Positions 1 through 8,580 of a stretch of DNA of 37,152 nt are shown piece after piece; positions within the stretch are counted from its first letter, which is position 1; each line of letters begins with the position of its first letter. The translations under genes were made by a program, and so were the position numbers. Location: positions 1 through 37,152 of the forward strand of contig CAMOSS010000003.1 in the NCBI GenBank assembly GCA_946625055.1, given 5' to 3'. The DNA is from an uncultured Bacillales bacterium (lineage in GTDB: Bacteria; Bacillota_I; Bacilli_A; RFN20; CAG-826). The notes under the pieces are model-generated. The model saw nothing but the letters and a program-made list of their open reading frames with translations. It searched no databases and was not told the DNA's origin.

Positions 1-14
1 ATGTGCACTAACTA

Positions 15-437
15 TTATAAGTTACGTGCGATTTGACTGACAAGAGACATATTAACTTTTCCTGCAAAATTAGTTTTGAAGTGTTTCATGATGTTAGGCA
101 TGGACTTATCATCTAATTTTGAGATTTCATCTCTAATCTCTTGTTCACTGAGCTGGGCTGGAAGATAACCTTTAATCACACTTTCTTGTTTTGTGATGGA
201 ATCAACCTTTTCAAGATTGTTAACTTTGAGATAGCCTTCTTTTTCATCACCAAGTTCTTTAAGAACTTTTTGAATGATTTCTAAGAGTTCAGAATCACCA
301 ATTTCTTTTCCTTGGGATTTCATTTCAACACCTTTAAGTTGATAACGAGTTAAAACTACGGAAATCACTGCTCTCGCATTTGAGTCCTTAGCTTTCATCG
401 CTTCAATATTGGCTTTTTTAAGGGTATCAACTAACAT
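15..437 (-). CDS. yqeY: GatB/YqeY domain protein (140 aa)
   Basis: N-terminus LKKANIEAMKAKD and YLPAQLSEQEI motif typical of YqeY. Start moved from TTG 488 to ATG 437 because GAGG lies 8 nt upstream and a promoter occupies 460-488. Confidence 0.85.
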   Translation of the reverse strand: MLVDTLKKANIEAMKAKDSNARAVISVVLTRYQLKGVEMKSQGKEIGDSELLEIIQKVLKELGDEKEGYLKVNNLEKVDSITKQESVIKGYLPAQLSEQEIRDEISKLDDKSMPNIMKHFKTNFAGKVNMSLVSQIARNL

Positions 438-459
438 TTCTTTTGCCTCGCGCTTTGAT

Positions 460-488
460 AGGATAACACTTTTAATATATGTTTGCAA
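460..488 (-). promoter_or_regulatory. sigma-A promoter for yqeY, overlapping the 3' end of the upstream gene
   Basis: TTGCAA (483-488), 17 bp, TATCCT (460-465) with extended -10 TG. Confidence 0.55.
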
Positions 489-1563
489 TTTTAATTAAAA
501 TCTTTTTTAAAGATTCATCGCTTAATAATTGCTCGATTTCATCATAGGAATGGTAGACATCATCTTTTGTTATGTGTCTCGTATATAAGTACTCTGTTCT
601 ATATGTTTGATAATCTGTGACTTCACCCATATAAGCGTCCTTCAACAAAGAGATAACCATCTTTCTAAATAGAAGGATGATGGAATCTTCGATCCAATAC
701 ATCGCATTTACATTTTGTAAATATTTTAACGATTGAAGGTAGAGTTCTAATCCATCAGAGGCATCGTGCCAGATATCAACAAAGATAGAGTCATATTCAC
801 TCATGTCATTTTCTCTCATATATTTAAATGCATCATCTTTGATGATATGTATTTTTTCTTTATGTTCAAATTGAGGAAGGATTTCTTTTTCAAATAGCGA
901 AATGACTTTGTCATCCTTTTCAACAATATAGACATCACTAACATCATCTTTTAAGGAGACCATGTATGTAAAATAGCCAAGTCCAAGACCAAAGGTGATG
1001 ACCTTTCCATGTGAGAGGTCCACCGCTTCTTTCATCGTGTTTATTTCGTTTGGAGTGACTGACATCCACATATTGTCGTTTTCATAAACTGCTGGAAATG
1101 AAAAGTCTTTTAAGAAGAAACCAATAGATGGAATTTCTTTATAGTAATCTTCCTTCACTATTTCATGGGATTTATAAACAAATCCTTCAAAGGCTTTATA
1201 TTGATCTTGTTTTAGTTCCCAGTTTCCTTCTTTTTTATTTTTGATTTTGATGTTTTTATAATATGGATTATTCTCATAATCTTTCGCACTTAAATGGTGA
1301 ATACCTTTTAAGAGATAATCCCTAGTAATCTTTTTAATCAAAGGATGTTCATAATCAAGATTAAAAGAAGAGATAAGAGTATAGACAAATGCGTTATCAA
1401 TTCCAAGTGAAGCAAGATTATTCATAACTTCATCTCTTTCGATAATCGTAGGATAGTTCTCTAAATATCCTCTAAGGAATTCTAAAACATCGATATTATT
1501 CTCACTTACGGAAAATAACATCAGTAGTTTGGATAAATTCTTTTCGTCTAATTCAAATCTCAT
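472..1563 (-). CDS. Class I SAM-dependent methyltransferase / spermidine synthase-like fold protein
   Basis: VITFGLGLGYF glycine motif, IVEKD acidic end of beta-2, DDAF, IFVDIW; substrate unknown. Confidence 0.7.
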   Translation of the reverse strand: MRFELDEKNLSKLLMLFSVSENNIDVLEFLRGYLENYPTIIERDEVMNNLASLGIDNAFVYTLISSFNLDYEHPLIKKITRDYLLKGIHHLSAKDYENNPYYKNIKIKNKKEGNWELKQDQYKAFEGFVYKSHEIVKEDYYKEIPSIGFFLKDFSFPAVYENDNMWMSVTPNEINTMKEAVDLSHGKVITFGLGLGYFTYMVSLKDDVSDVYIVEKDDKVISLFEKEILPQFEHKEKIHIIKDDAFKYMRENDMSEYDSIFVDIWHDASDGLELYLQSLKYLQNVNAMYWIEDSIILLFRKMVISLLKDAYMGEVTDYQTYRTEYLYTRHITKDDVYHSYDEIEQLLSDESLKKILIKIANIY

Positions 1564-1565
1564 AA

Positions 1566-2018
1566 TTATTTAATTCTTCTATAATGGATAAGCTTATCTT
1601 TTGAATAGAATAACTCAATTTCAAAATCTGAAACATCTTCTTTAATAAGGTTTAGAAAGTATTTATCTCCTTCCCACATATTAAGAGAAAGAATATTATC
1701 TTTTGGAATAAATTCCAATGTTCCTTCATCACATTCAATTAATTCACCTTTAAATGAATCAACTGTGTATAGATACATTACTTCTTGATAATCATCAGAA
1801 GCAAAATGAACTAATCCGCGATATTTATAAGAAATAACATCGAGGCCAGTCTCTTCTTTGACTTCTCTTATCATTGCCATATCAGGAGTTTCACCTTTTT
1901 CAATGTGACCTCCAATACCGATCCATTTCCCTTCGTTTAAGTCATTTTCTTTCTTATTGCGATAGAGCATCAAGTATTTATTATCTTTTTCTATATAGGT
2001 TAATACAGTTTTATCCAT
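1566..2018 (-). CDS. mutT: 8-oxo-dGTP diphosphatase (MutT/MutX NUDIX)
   Basis: Nudix box GGHIEKGETPDMAMIREVKEETG; KWIGIGG, ECDEGTL and MWEGD are typical of the MutX subfamily. Confidence 0.88.
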   Translation of the reverse strand: MDKTVLTYIEKDNKYLMLYRNKKENDLNEGKWIGIGGHIEKGETPDMAMIREVKEETGLDVISYKYRGLVHFASDDYQEVMYLYTVDSFKGELIECDEGTLEFIPKDNILSLNMWEGDKYFLNLIKEDVSDFEIELFYSKDKLIHYRRIK

Positions 2019-2033
2019 TTCTTTTATCCTATG

Positions 2034-2051
2034 AATTATTATATAATAATT
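2034..2051. promoter_or_regulatory. Bidirectional -10 element in a perfect 18-bp palindrome between mutT and msrC
   Basis: AATTATTATATAATAATT holds TATAAT on + (2042-2047) and on - (2038-2043) in a 37-bp divergent gap. Confidence 0.65.
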
Positions 2052-2055
2052 TCAT

Positions 2056-2496
2056 ATGAACTATAAGACTATTATTAGCCAAGTTAATTCTATTATTGAT
2101 CCAAGCCTTCCCCTTGTTTCAAATCTTTCTAATGTCTCCGCTATTTTGAATCAATTAGAAAATTTAAACTGGGTTGGTTTTTATCTCGTTAAAAATAACA
2201 CCTTATATTTAGGTCCTTTCCAAGGTGAAGTTGCATGCACAGTTATCGAATATGGAAAAGGTGTCTGTGGCACTTCTTTAAAAGAAAAGAAAACTATTAT
2301 CGTGGATGATGTTAATAAGTTTAAAGGTCACATCGCTTGCTCTTCTTTATCAAAAAGCGAGATTGTTGTCCCAATTATGAAAGACAATGAAGTTAAAGCT
2401 CTTATCGATATCGATTCGCCGATATATAATCGCTTTAATGAAGATGATAAAAACAACCTTGAACAGGTTGCCTTAATCTTAGAAAAAATATTTTAA
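2056..2496 (+). CDS. msrC: GAF-domain free methionine-R-sulfoxide reductase (fRMsr/YtsP family)
   Basis: NWVGFY, LGPFQGEVAC, GKGVCG, GHIACSS, SEIVVP, DIDSP; three conserved Cys present. Confidence 0.88.
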   Translation: MNYKTIISQVNSIIDPSLPLVSNLSNVSAILNQLENLNWVGFYLVKNNTLYLGPFQGEVACTVIEYGKGVCGTSLKEKKTIIVDDVNKFKGHIACSSLSKSEIVVPIMKDNEVKALIDIDSPIYNRFNEDDKNNLEQVALILEKIF

Positions 2497-2497
2497 T

Positions 2498-2517
2498 AAG
2501 TCCTAGACTTCTTTTTT
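2498..2517 (+). terminator. Weak intrinsic terminator after msrC
   Basis: AAGTC-CTA-GACTT followed by CTTTTTT between convergent genes. Confidence 0.4.
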
Positions 2518-5071
2518 AATCTAACACTATTGGGAGACAGACATAAATAATGTTATTAGTCTCATCCCTAACATAATCAAATCTAATTGATAATAAACGT
2601 TTCTTATTGTTGTTATCAACTGCATGAATTTTGATCTGCATGTTTTTGTCTTTTTTTAGCGAGTTAATAACGCTCGCAAATAATTCTTTTTCTTTCTTAG
2701 ATTTTATTCTATCTCTAAACGCGCCTTCGTTTAGTTCTTTTTCAAATTCTTCAATAGTTAAACCAAAGCCTTCAAGCTTTCTCACCATCGCTACTTCATA
2801 AACCCATTGGTTTTCAATGTTTTTAATAAAGATAACACTGGTATTTGAATACTTCTTTAATAAAGAAATCTTTTGTTCTAAGTCCACTAGTTTTGTGATG
2901 TTATGGGCCGATCCATAGAATCTATCTTTGCCTTCTTTAACGCCAAGGTAATAGAAATGCATATCATAAGCAGTTAAGATGCCACTTACCTTATAGAATC
3001 TCACCATTCCCGAAGAACCGGAGAGACGATGCTCTTTAGCTTCTTTAAACAAAGAATGCAAAACGGGGACATCTTCAGGAGGCATAACACGCTCAATATT
3101 CGCGAGTTTTTCCATGAAGTCAGGGACATCGACACTTTCATAGAATTGTTGATTGAATCTCACAATATCTGTATTTTCACCATCCCATGAATATAAGGCT
3201 ACTGCCCCAATAATGTTATTTAACATTGAGTCAGAATAAACGTTCTTATCAAGGAATTCTCTAATTCTAAATTGTTCATTAAGTTTGACAACAAAACCAC
3301 GACCATCAATCTTTTCTTCATCTTTGATGAGGTTTTCAAAATCTTGAACTGGCATTGGTCGATAGAAATGATAACCTTGAACATAACGACAACCTAATTC
3401 TTCTAAGAAGTCGCTTTGCTTTTGATTTTCAACACCTTCAACGATGATTGGAACAGCAATCATCTTCGCCATATTAACAACAGATTCAAGGATATGAATG
3501 CCTTTATCTTTATCAGCGTTTTCAATATGGAGGAATTTTGCATCTAACTTAATGGCATCAACTTCAAAATTAGAAAGCATGTTAAGTGAAGAATAACCAC
3601 TACCAAAATCATCCATTAAAACAAGGAATCCGAGTTCACGTAATTTTTTTACTAATTCTTCGATGAGAAGAGTGGTTTCAGCATATGCTGATTCAGTGAT
3701 TTCTAATTTAATTAAATTATGAGGGATATTATATTTTTCTGTTAGTTCAACAAAGTGTTTAGCAATATCCACTGTAAAGATATCCGCTCTTGAGACATTT
3801 AAGGAAATAGGGACAGCTTTATGTCCATCATCAAGCCATTTCCTTAGCCATATACAAACCTTTTCCCAAAGGTATTTATCAAGGTCGATAATAAAGCCAT
3901 ATTTTTCTAAGATTGGAATAAAGGTATCTGGAGGATTAATCTTTCCATCTTTTCTTATCCATCTCGCTAAAGATTCAGCTCCGACAACCTTACCTGTAGA
4001 AATACGACATTGAGGTTGGAGATAGAATACTATCTCATCATTTTTTAAGGCTTGCATGAAATCGTTTAAAACTCTAATCTCATTTTCAGCGACTAAACGC
4101 ATGTCTTGAGTGTAATAACAAATCCTATTTTTGATATCAGATTTTGCTTTACTAGAAGCAATAGAAGCTTTATCAAAGACATCCACTACTGGAATGTTAT
4201 TGTCAACAGGTGCCACACCAAAGGCCGGCATAAAACCAATTGATAAGCCAAAGGAAACAATGACGGATCGGATCTCTTCAAACAGTTCTTCAATATACTC
4301 TTTATTAAATTCCATCAAGATGCCAAAGTCATCTTGACCAAAGTATCCACCTAAAGCTACATGCTTATTTTCACCCTCTAAGAGAACTGCCCCGATTTGA
4401 GTTAATAAATAGTCACCAGTTTCTCTTCCATACCAATCATCAAACAATTTGAAATGCTCGATATCAAGAGCGATTAAACACCATTTTTTGTCTTTATTTT
4501 TATCGACTATCTTTTGAGCAGCATGGAAAAATTCTTTTTCTCTATATAATCCATGTGGATTATCTTTGCCTTCTTGCATGTCGATTTCTTTATAGATTTC
4601 ACCAATTTCTCTACTCTTTAAGTTTTGAATATCAAAAATATAGATTTTGAATGTTCCTTCTTCAAAACCATATTCTTTACCCGTGATACAGCATTGTTCA
4701 ACCCAACGGTAACTACCGTCTTGGAGTTTATAACGGAATTGTGCAAATATGAAATTTGGAATTTCAGAATTCTTAAGCCTCTCCATGATTGTTGAAGGGT
4801 CCATTAATTCTTTAAAGATGTCTCTATCCTCAAAATAAACAATGTGTTCATAACAATACTTAAAGAGACCCTTAAAACTAAATCCATCAATCATTGGAAT
4901 AAAATATTTTCCATCAACGTGATAGATTTGATTGAAGGTGTCGTTATTAAGGTCGACAAAAACAACTTCATCACAAGAAGATCCATCAAGCAAGTTGATT
5001 AAAGAAAGATCATTCTTGTCATTATTGATGAACATAGAATAAAACTTGTCTCTTTTTTTATAGATTGACAT
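2516..5071 (-). CDS. PAS / degenerate GGDEF / EAL / PAS-like protein, probable c-di-GMP phosphodiesterase
   Basis: FRYKLQDGSYRWVE (PAC-like); LDIEHFKLFDDWYGRETGD with FGQDDF in place of GGDEF; EAL motifs LQPQ, ESLARW, LEITES, DDFGSGYSS, IKLD, EGVE, QGY. Confidence 0.9.
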   Translation of the reverse strand: MSIYKKRDKFYSMFINNDKNDLSLINLLDGSSCDEVVFVDLNNDTFNQIYHVDGKYFIPMIDGFSFKGLFKYCYEHIVYFEDRDIFKELMDPSTIMERLKNSEIPNFIFAQFRYKLQDGSYRWVEQCCITGKEYGFEEGTFKIYIFDIQNLKSREIGEIYKEIDMQEGKDNPHGLYREKEFFHAAQKIVDKNKDKKWCLIALDIEHFKLFDDWYGRETGDYLLTQIGAVLLEGENKHVALGGYFGQDDFGILMEFNKEYIEELFEEIRSVIVSFGLSIGFMPAFGVAPVDNNIPVVDVFDKASIASSKAKSDIKNRICYYTQDMRLVAENEIRVLNDFMQALKNDEIVFYLQPQCRISTGKVVGAESLARWIRKDGKINPPDTFIPILEKYGFIIDLDKYLWEKVCIWLRKWLDDGHKAVPISLNVSRADIFTVDIAKHFVELTEKYNIPHNLIKLEITESAYAETTLLIEELVKKLRELGFLVLMDDFGSGYSSLNMLSNFEVDAIKLDAKFLHIENADKDKGIHILESVVNMAKMIAVPIIVEGVENQKQSDFLEELGCRYVQGYHFYRPMPVQDFENLIKDEEKIDGRGFVVKLNEQFRIREFLDKNVYSDSMLNNIIGAVALYSWDGENTDIVRFNQQFYESVDVPDFMEKLANIERVMPPEDVPVLHSLFKEAKEHRLSGSSGMVRFYKVSGILTAYDMHFYYLGVKEGKDRFYGSAHNITKLVDLEQKISLLKKYSNTSVIFIKNIENQWVYEVAMVRKLEGFGLTIEEFEKELNEGAFRDRIKSKKEKELFASVINSLKKDKNMQIKIHAVDNNNKKRLLSIRFDYVRDETNNIIYVCLPIVLD

Positions 5072-5091
5072 GTGTTTGTATCTCTCTTTTA

Positions 5092-5120
5092 ACTATATAA
5101 GATATATCATCTTATTGCAA
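5092..5120 (-). promoter_or_regulatory. sigma-A promoter of the EAL gene, with an inverted repeat in the spacer
   Basis: TTGCAA (5115-5120), 17 bp, TATAGT (5092-5097); ATAAGAT-N5-ATCTTAT at 5097-5115. Confidence 0.65.
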
Positions 5121-5130
5121 TCTTATTAGG

Positions 5131-5520
5131 TTATGCATCCTTGTTATTAAGTTTTATTTCGATCTCGTTTAAAGTTTTAAAAAATCCCCAAGTCGCTAAT
5201 GCGGGTCCAACAAGAACAAATATTCCAAGAACGTTCCACCAGAACATATGTTTCCACGAAGTATGAGGCTTAATATTCATTTCAATCGCTTTATTTTTAA
5301 TATCTTCACAGACATTTGCCATCCACACTAAAGTGTAGATAAATAGAGTTGGAATCCCGATTAAATAGGCGATGTAATAAGGTTGTGTTTTCTTTTTTAA
5401 AATGTAATCTACTTCTGGCGAAACAGATAAAGGCATGTATAAAAGAAAGAATAATCCTGCTGTACAAAAATCAACTGCTCCTAAAAGAAATCCTAATCTA
5501 TGTGTGTGTTTGAATTGCAT
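5131..5520 (-). CDS. Small integral membrane protein (DUF4234-like)
   Basis: Three hydrophobic segments; IPTLFIYTLVW followed by an amphipathic helix resembles DUF4234. Confidence 0.55.
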   Translation of the reverse strand: MQFKHTHRLGFLLGAVDFCTAGLFFLLYMPLSVSPEVDYILKKKTQPYYIAYLIGIPTLFIYTLVWMANVCEDIKNKAIEMNIKPHTSWKHMFWWNVLGIFVLVGPALATWGFFKTLNEIEIKLNNKDA

Positions 5521-5587
5521 TATTGTTACCTGTATTTATTTTATATAAATATTTTACCATGGGATTATATACATATGTATGAGATGT

Positions 5588-5620
5588 TAAAAAAACATCG
5601 GATTTTACCGATGATTTTTT
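5588..5620 (-). terminator. Intrinsic terminator after tRNA-His
   Basis: Minus strand CATCGG-TAAAAT-CCGATG followed by a T run; T tracts on both strands. Confidence 0.8.
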
Positions 5621-5626
5621 CTAGAA

Positions 5627-5703
5627 TGGGGCGGCTGACCAGAATTGAACTGGCGAATGCCTGGTTCACAGCCAGGTGTGTTAACCCCTTCACCACAGCC
5701 GCC
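5627..5703 (-). tRNA. tRNA-His (anticodon GUG)
   Basis: Encoded G-1, acceptor GCGGCTG/CAGCCGC, anticodon arm CCTGG-CTGTGAA-CCAGG, T arm GCCAG-TTCAATT-CTGGT, C discriminator, encoded CCA. Confidence 0.97.
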
Positions 5704-5719
5704 ATAAGGTTGCTTTAAT

Positions 5720-5748
5720 AATATAGATAATATTTAATATTTTGTCAA
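5720..5748 (-). promoter_or_regulatory. sigma-A promoter of tRNA-His
   Basis: TTGACA (5743-5748), 17 bp, TATATT (5720-5725). Confidence 0.8.
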
Positions 5749-5756
5749 AGTAAATA

Positions 5757-6278
5757 TCACAACTCTTTTAGGTCTAACATTTCTTTTGCAATCTTTAAGA
5801 TTGGAAGTTCTCTATTTATCACTAATGTGGCAATTTTTGTTCTTTTAGTTTCTTCTACCATTTTGATAGCAGTGTCTATTGGAATCCACTTAACTTCAAA
5901 GAGCAATTTCTTTTCGTAATTAGTGATGTGCCTCTCATGAAGTTTTTCTAGTTTACACAAGAAATAGAACTGGTCATTTTTTCTATTCAATAAATTATAG
6001 AAGTCTATAACTTCTCCAATTTCTACAATGTCGGTAATTTCAGCTCCGACTTCTTCTCTTAATTCTCTCTTGAGTGCAGTGATTAAATCTTCATTATTTT
6101 CTACTCCACCACCTGGAGTTTCTAAATAATCACGATGTCCAAAAATGTCGTCACATAAAATGTGAATCAAAGCTATTTCTCTTTGACTATTATAAATAAT
6201 AGCCCTGACAATGGGCCTTGTGTGGTTATAACCATTGTCAGGGTATTGATCATCAATTAACGAATATAATAACTCCAT
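5757..6278 (-). CDS. NUDIX hydrolase
   Basis: PGGGVENNEDLITALKRELREEVG Nudix box; TAATG overlap with the aminopeptidase stop. Confidence 0.88.
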   Translation of the reverse strand: MELLYSLIDDQYPDNGYNHTRPIVRAIIYNSQREIALIHILCDDIFGHRDYLETPGGGVENNEDLITALKRELREEVGAEITDIVEIGEVIDFYNLLNRKNDQFYFLCKLEKLHERHITNYEKKLLFEVKWIPIDTAIKMVEETKRTKIATLVINRELPILKIAKEMLDLKEL

Positions 6279-7639
6279 TATTTTGTTAAGAAAGCAATAT
6301 ATCCACGATATGCTTCATAGACGTCGACTTTGGAAACAATTTCCATAGGGGCATGCATATTATGAACAGCGATACCAGCATCGATAACATTCATATTGTA
6401 GTTACCTAAAATGTATGCGATTGTGCCACCGCCACCTTGGTCAACTTTACCAAGTTCAGCGTTTTGCCAGTTGATATCGTTTTCATCCATAATTCTTCTA
6501 ATCCAAGCATAATATTCTGGGTTGGAATCGTTAGAACCACTCTTACCACGGCTTCCGGTATATTTATTAAAGACTAAACCTTCACCGAAATAGGCAGCGT
6601 TCTTTGGATCATTGACATAAGCATATAATGGGTCGTAACCAGCAGAGACATCGCTGGATAACATCTTTGAATTTTCAAAGATTGTTCTGGTTGCGAGCAT
6701 TGGGCGATCTTCACCAGCTAATGCTGCTAATCTGAGAATGGTGTTTTCAAAGAATAATGATTGAGCACCGGTTGCACCGACAGAACCAATTTCTTCTTTA
6801 TCCACTAAGATACAGCAAGATGTGTATTCAACTTTATCAACACTTAAGATGGCTTGAAGTGAGGTATAAGCACACACTCTATCATCGTGTCCATAACCAG
6901 CGATCATACTTCTATCTAAACCATAATCACGGGCTGGTCCAGCTGGAACCACTTCAATTTCAGAAGAGATTAAATCTTCTTCTTCAACATCATATTTGTC
7001 TTTTAAGATCTTTAAGACGTTAGCCTTCACAGCGTCTTTTTCTTCGCCTTCAAGTGGCATATTTCCTAAGGAAATATCTAAGTTCTCACCTTCGATCGCG
7101 TGGGCTAATGTTTTAGACATTTGATCTTGTGAGAGGTGAATTAATAAATCAGTAATACCAACAACTGGATCTTTTGGATCTTCACCAATGTTCACTTCAA
7201 CAGATGTTCCATCTTTCTTAATGATGACACCATGTAAAGCAAGAGGAATGGTTGTCCATTGATATTTTTTCACACCACCATAGTAGTGAGTGTCACCTAA
7301 AGCGAAACCAGTGTTTTCATAAACTGGGTGTTCCTTTAAGTCTAATCTTGGGGAGTCGATATGAGCTCCTAAGATTCTAAGTCCTTCCACTAATGGTTTT
7401 TTACCAATAACGAAGGCACAGACGTTTTTGTTTCTGTTAACAAAATATAATTTGTCACCGGCTTTAATGGATTTAACATTTTGACCATTAACAAAGCCTT
7501 TTTCTTCGAGTTGTCTTACGGCTTCTCTAGTTGCAAGTCTTTCAGTCTTACATAATGAGATAAAATTCTTATATCCTTCTGCAAAATCCATAATGACTTG
7601 TTTATCTTGATATTTTTTCCAAGCATTTTTACGATACAT
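6278..7639 (-). CDS. M18 family aminopeptidase (ApeA-like)
   Basis: AHIDSP, YYGGVKKYQW, GHDDR, KEEIGS, SSDV, GGGGTI, MHAPME; AAAGGAG RBS. Confidence 0.92.
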   Translation of the reverse strand: MYRKNAWKKYQDKQVIMDFAEGYKNFISLCKTERLATREAVRQLEEKGFVNGQNVKSIKAGDKLYFVNRNKNVCAFVIGKKPLVEGLRILGAHIDSPRLDLKEHPVYENTGFALGDTHYYGGVKKYQWTTIPLALHGVIIKKDGTSVEVNIGEDPKDPVVGITDLLIHLSQDQMSKTLAHAIEGENLDISLGNMPLEGEEKDAVKANVLKILKDKYDVEEEDLISSEIEVVPAGPARDYGLDRSMIAGYGHDDRVCAYTSLQAILSVDKVEYTSCCILVDKEEIGSVGATGAQSLFFENTILRLAALAGEDRPMLATRTIFENSKMLSSDVSAGYDPLYAYVNDPKNAAYFGEGLVFNKYTGSRGKSGSNDSNPEYYAWIRRIMDENDINWQNAELGKVDQGGGGTIAYILGNYNMNVIDAGIAVHNMHAPMEIVSKVDVYEAYRGYIAFLTK

Positions 7640-7681
7640 AAAGAATTCTCCTTTCTTCTTACTTTCGTAACGAGAATATAA

Positions 7682-7714
7682 TAAAACATTTCACCATATT
7701 AAGATAGTGAAATG
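7682..7714 (-). terminator. Intrinsic terminator after the DegV-esterase unit
   Basis: Minus strand CATTTCAC...GTGAAATG stem followed by TTTTATT. Confidence 0.65.
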
Positions 7715-7726
7715 CTTAACAAATAT

Positions 7727-8578
7727 TTATTTAAGCCAAAGTTTTAAGGCTTCTGGAAGATATTTTGCCCAGGCTTTTTCATGATGTGGTTCCCTTGAAT
7801 CGAAGATAAGGCCGAGGTTTTCTTGATCAAAGCCTCTATCCTCTAAATAATGGAAGGTTTCAAGCGTTCTTTTGACAAAAACTTTTTCAAAATCCTTACC
7901 GCCAACATAGAGGAATAGCTTTCCATTTTTCTCTGGATTGATATCGTATTTATCTAAAATCTTAAACCAGTTTCTCTTATGGTAGAAGAAGAACGCTGGA
8001 GAGAAAGATAGTGAATATCCAAAAACATCTGGACGGTAGATATAAGCATAAAACGCCATAATCCCACCCATTGAAGAACCGCCGATGCCGGTTGCTTCTT
8101 TCTCTTTCATTGTAAAGAATAATTTATCGATAAGAGGCTTTAATGTTCCGACAATATAGTCGATATATTTATCAGCGTGAGGATGATTAATTCTTCTTCT
8201 TGCTGATGGAATATTTGGAGGATATGGAGGATTGAGTTCATTCGAACGATCATCAGGAATTATTGGACAATCAATACCAACAGCGATGAAGCTTGAATAT
8301 CCTTCTCTTTTTAATTTATGAGCGGTTCTATCAAGTTCCCATTCACCATAGGCAGCAAGGTATCTATCAACCAAATTTTGACCATCACTAAAATAGATAA
8401 CAGGGAATCTTTTTGAAGGGTCATCAAAGTCATAATCTTCTGGTAACCACACTCGAATATGCCTTTTATCTTTATGGAAAGGTAGGTCAAAAAGACCATC
8501 GAAGTAATAGCCATACTTCATTGTGGTCTTTTCGCTTAAAAATCTCTTAAATACACCTATTTTGTGAGGTATTTTCAT
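7727..8578 (-). CDS. Alpha/beta-hydrolase esterase (putative esterase family)
   Basis: RHIRVWLP, PVIYFSDGQN, nucleophile elbow GSSMGG, YVGGKD, HHEKAW; alternative start at 8521 possible. Confidence 0.85.
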   Translation of the reverse strand: MKIPHKIGVFKRFLSEKTTMKYGYYFDGLFDLPFHKDKRHIRVWLPEDYDFDDPSKRFPVIYFSDGQNLVDRYLAAYGEWELDRTAHKLKREGYSSFIAVGIDCPIIPDDRSNELNPPYPPNIPSARRRINHPHADKYIDYIVGTLKPLIDKLFFTMKEKEATGIGGSSMGGIMAFYAYIYRPDVFGYSLSFSPAFFFYHKRNWFKILDKYDINPEKNGKLFLYVGGKDFEKVFVKRTLETFHYLEDRGFDQENLGLIFDSREPHHEKAWAKYLPEALKLWLK

Positions 8579-8580
8579 AA

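Noticed and set aside
2516-5703. tRNA-His as the integration site of an island
   Set aside because: No integrase or transposase and no duplicated tRNA 3' end seen; the tRNA keeps its own promoter and terminator.
5500-5718. 72-aa plus-strand ORF
   Set aside because: Antisense to tRNA-His and its terminator; no coding signal.
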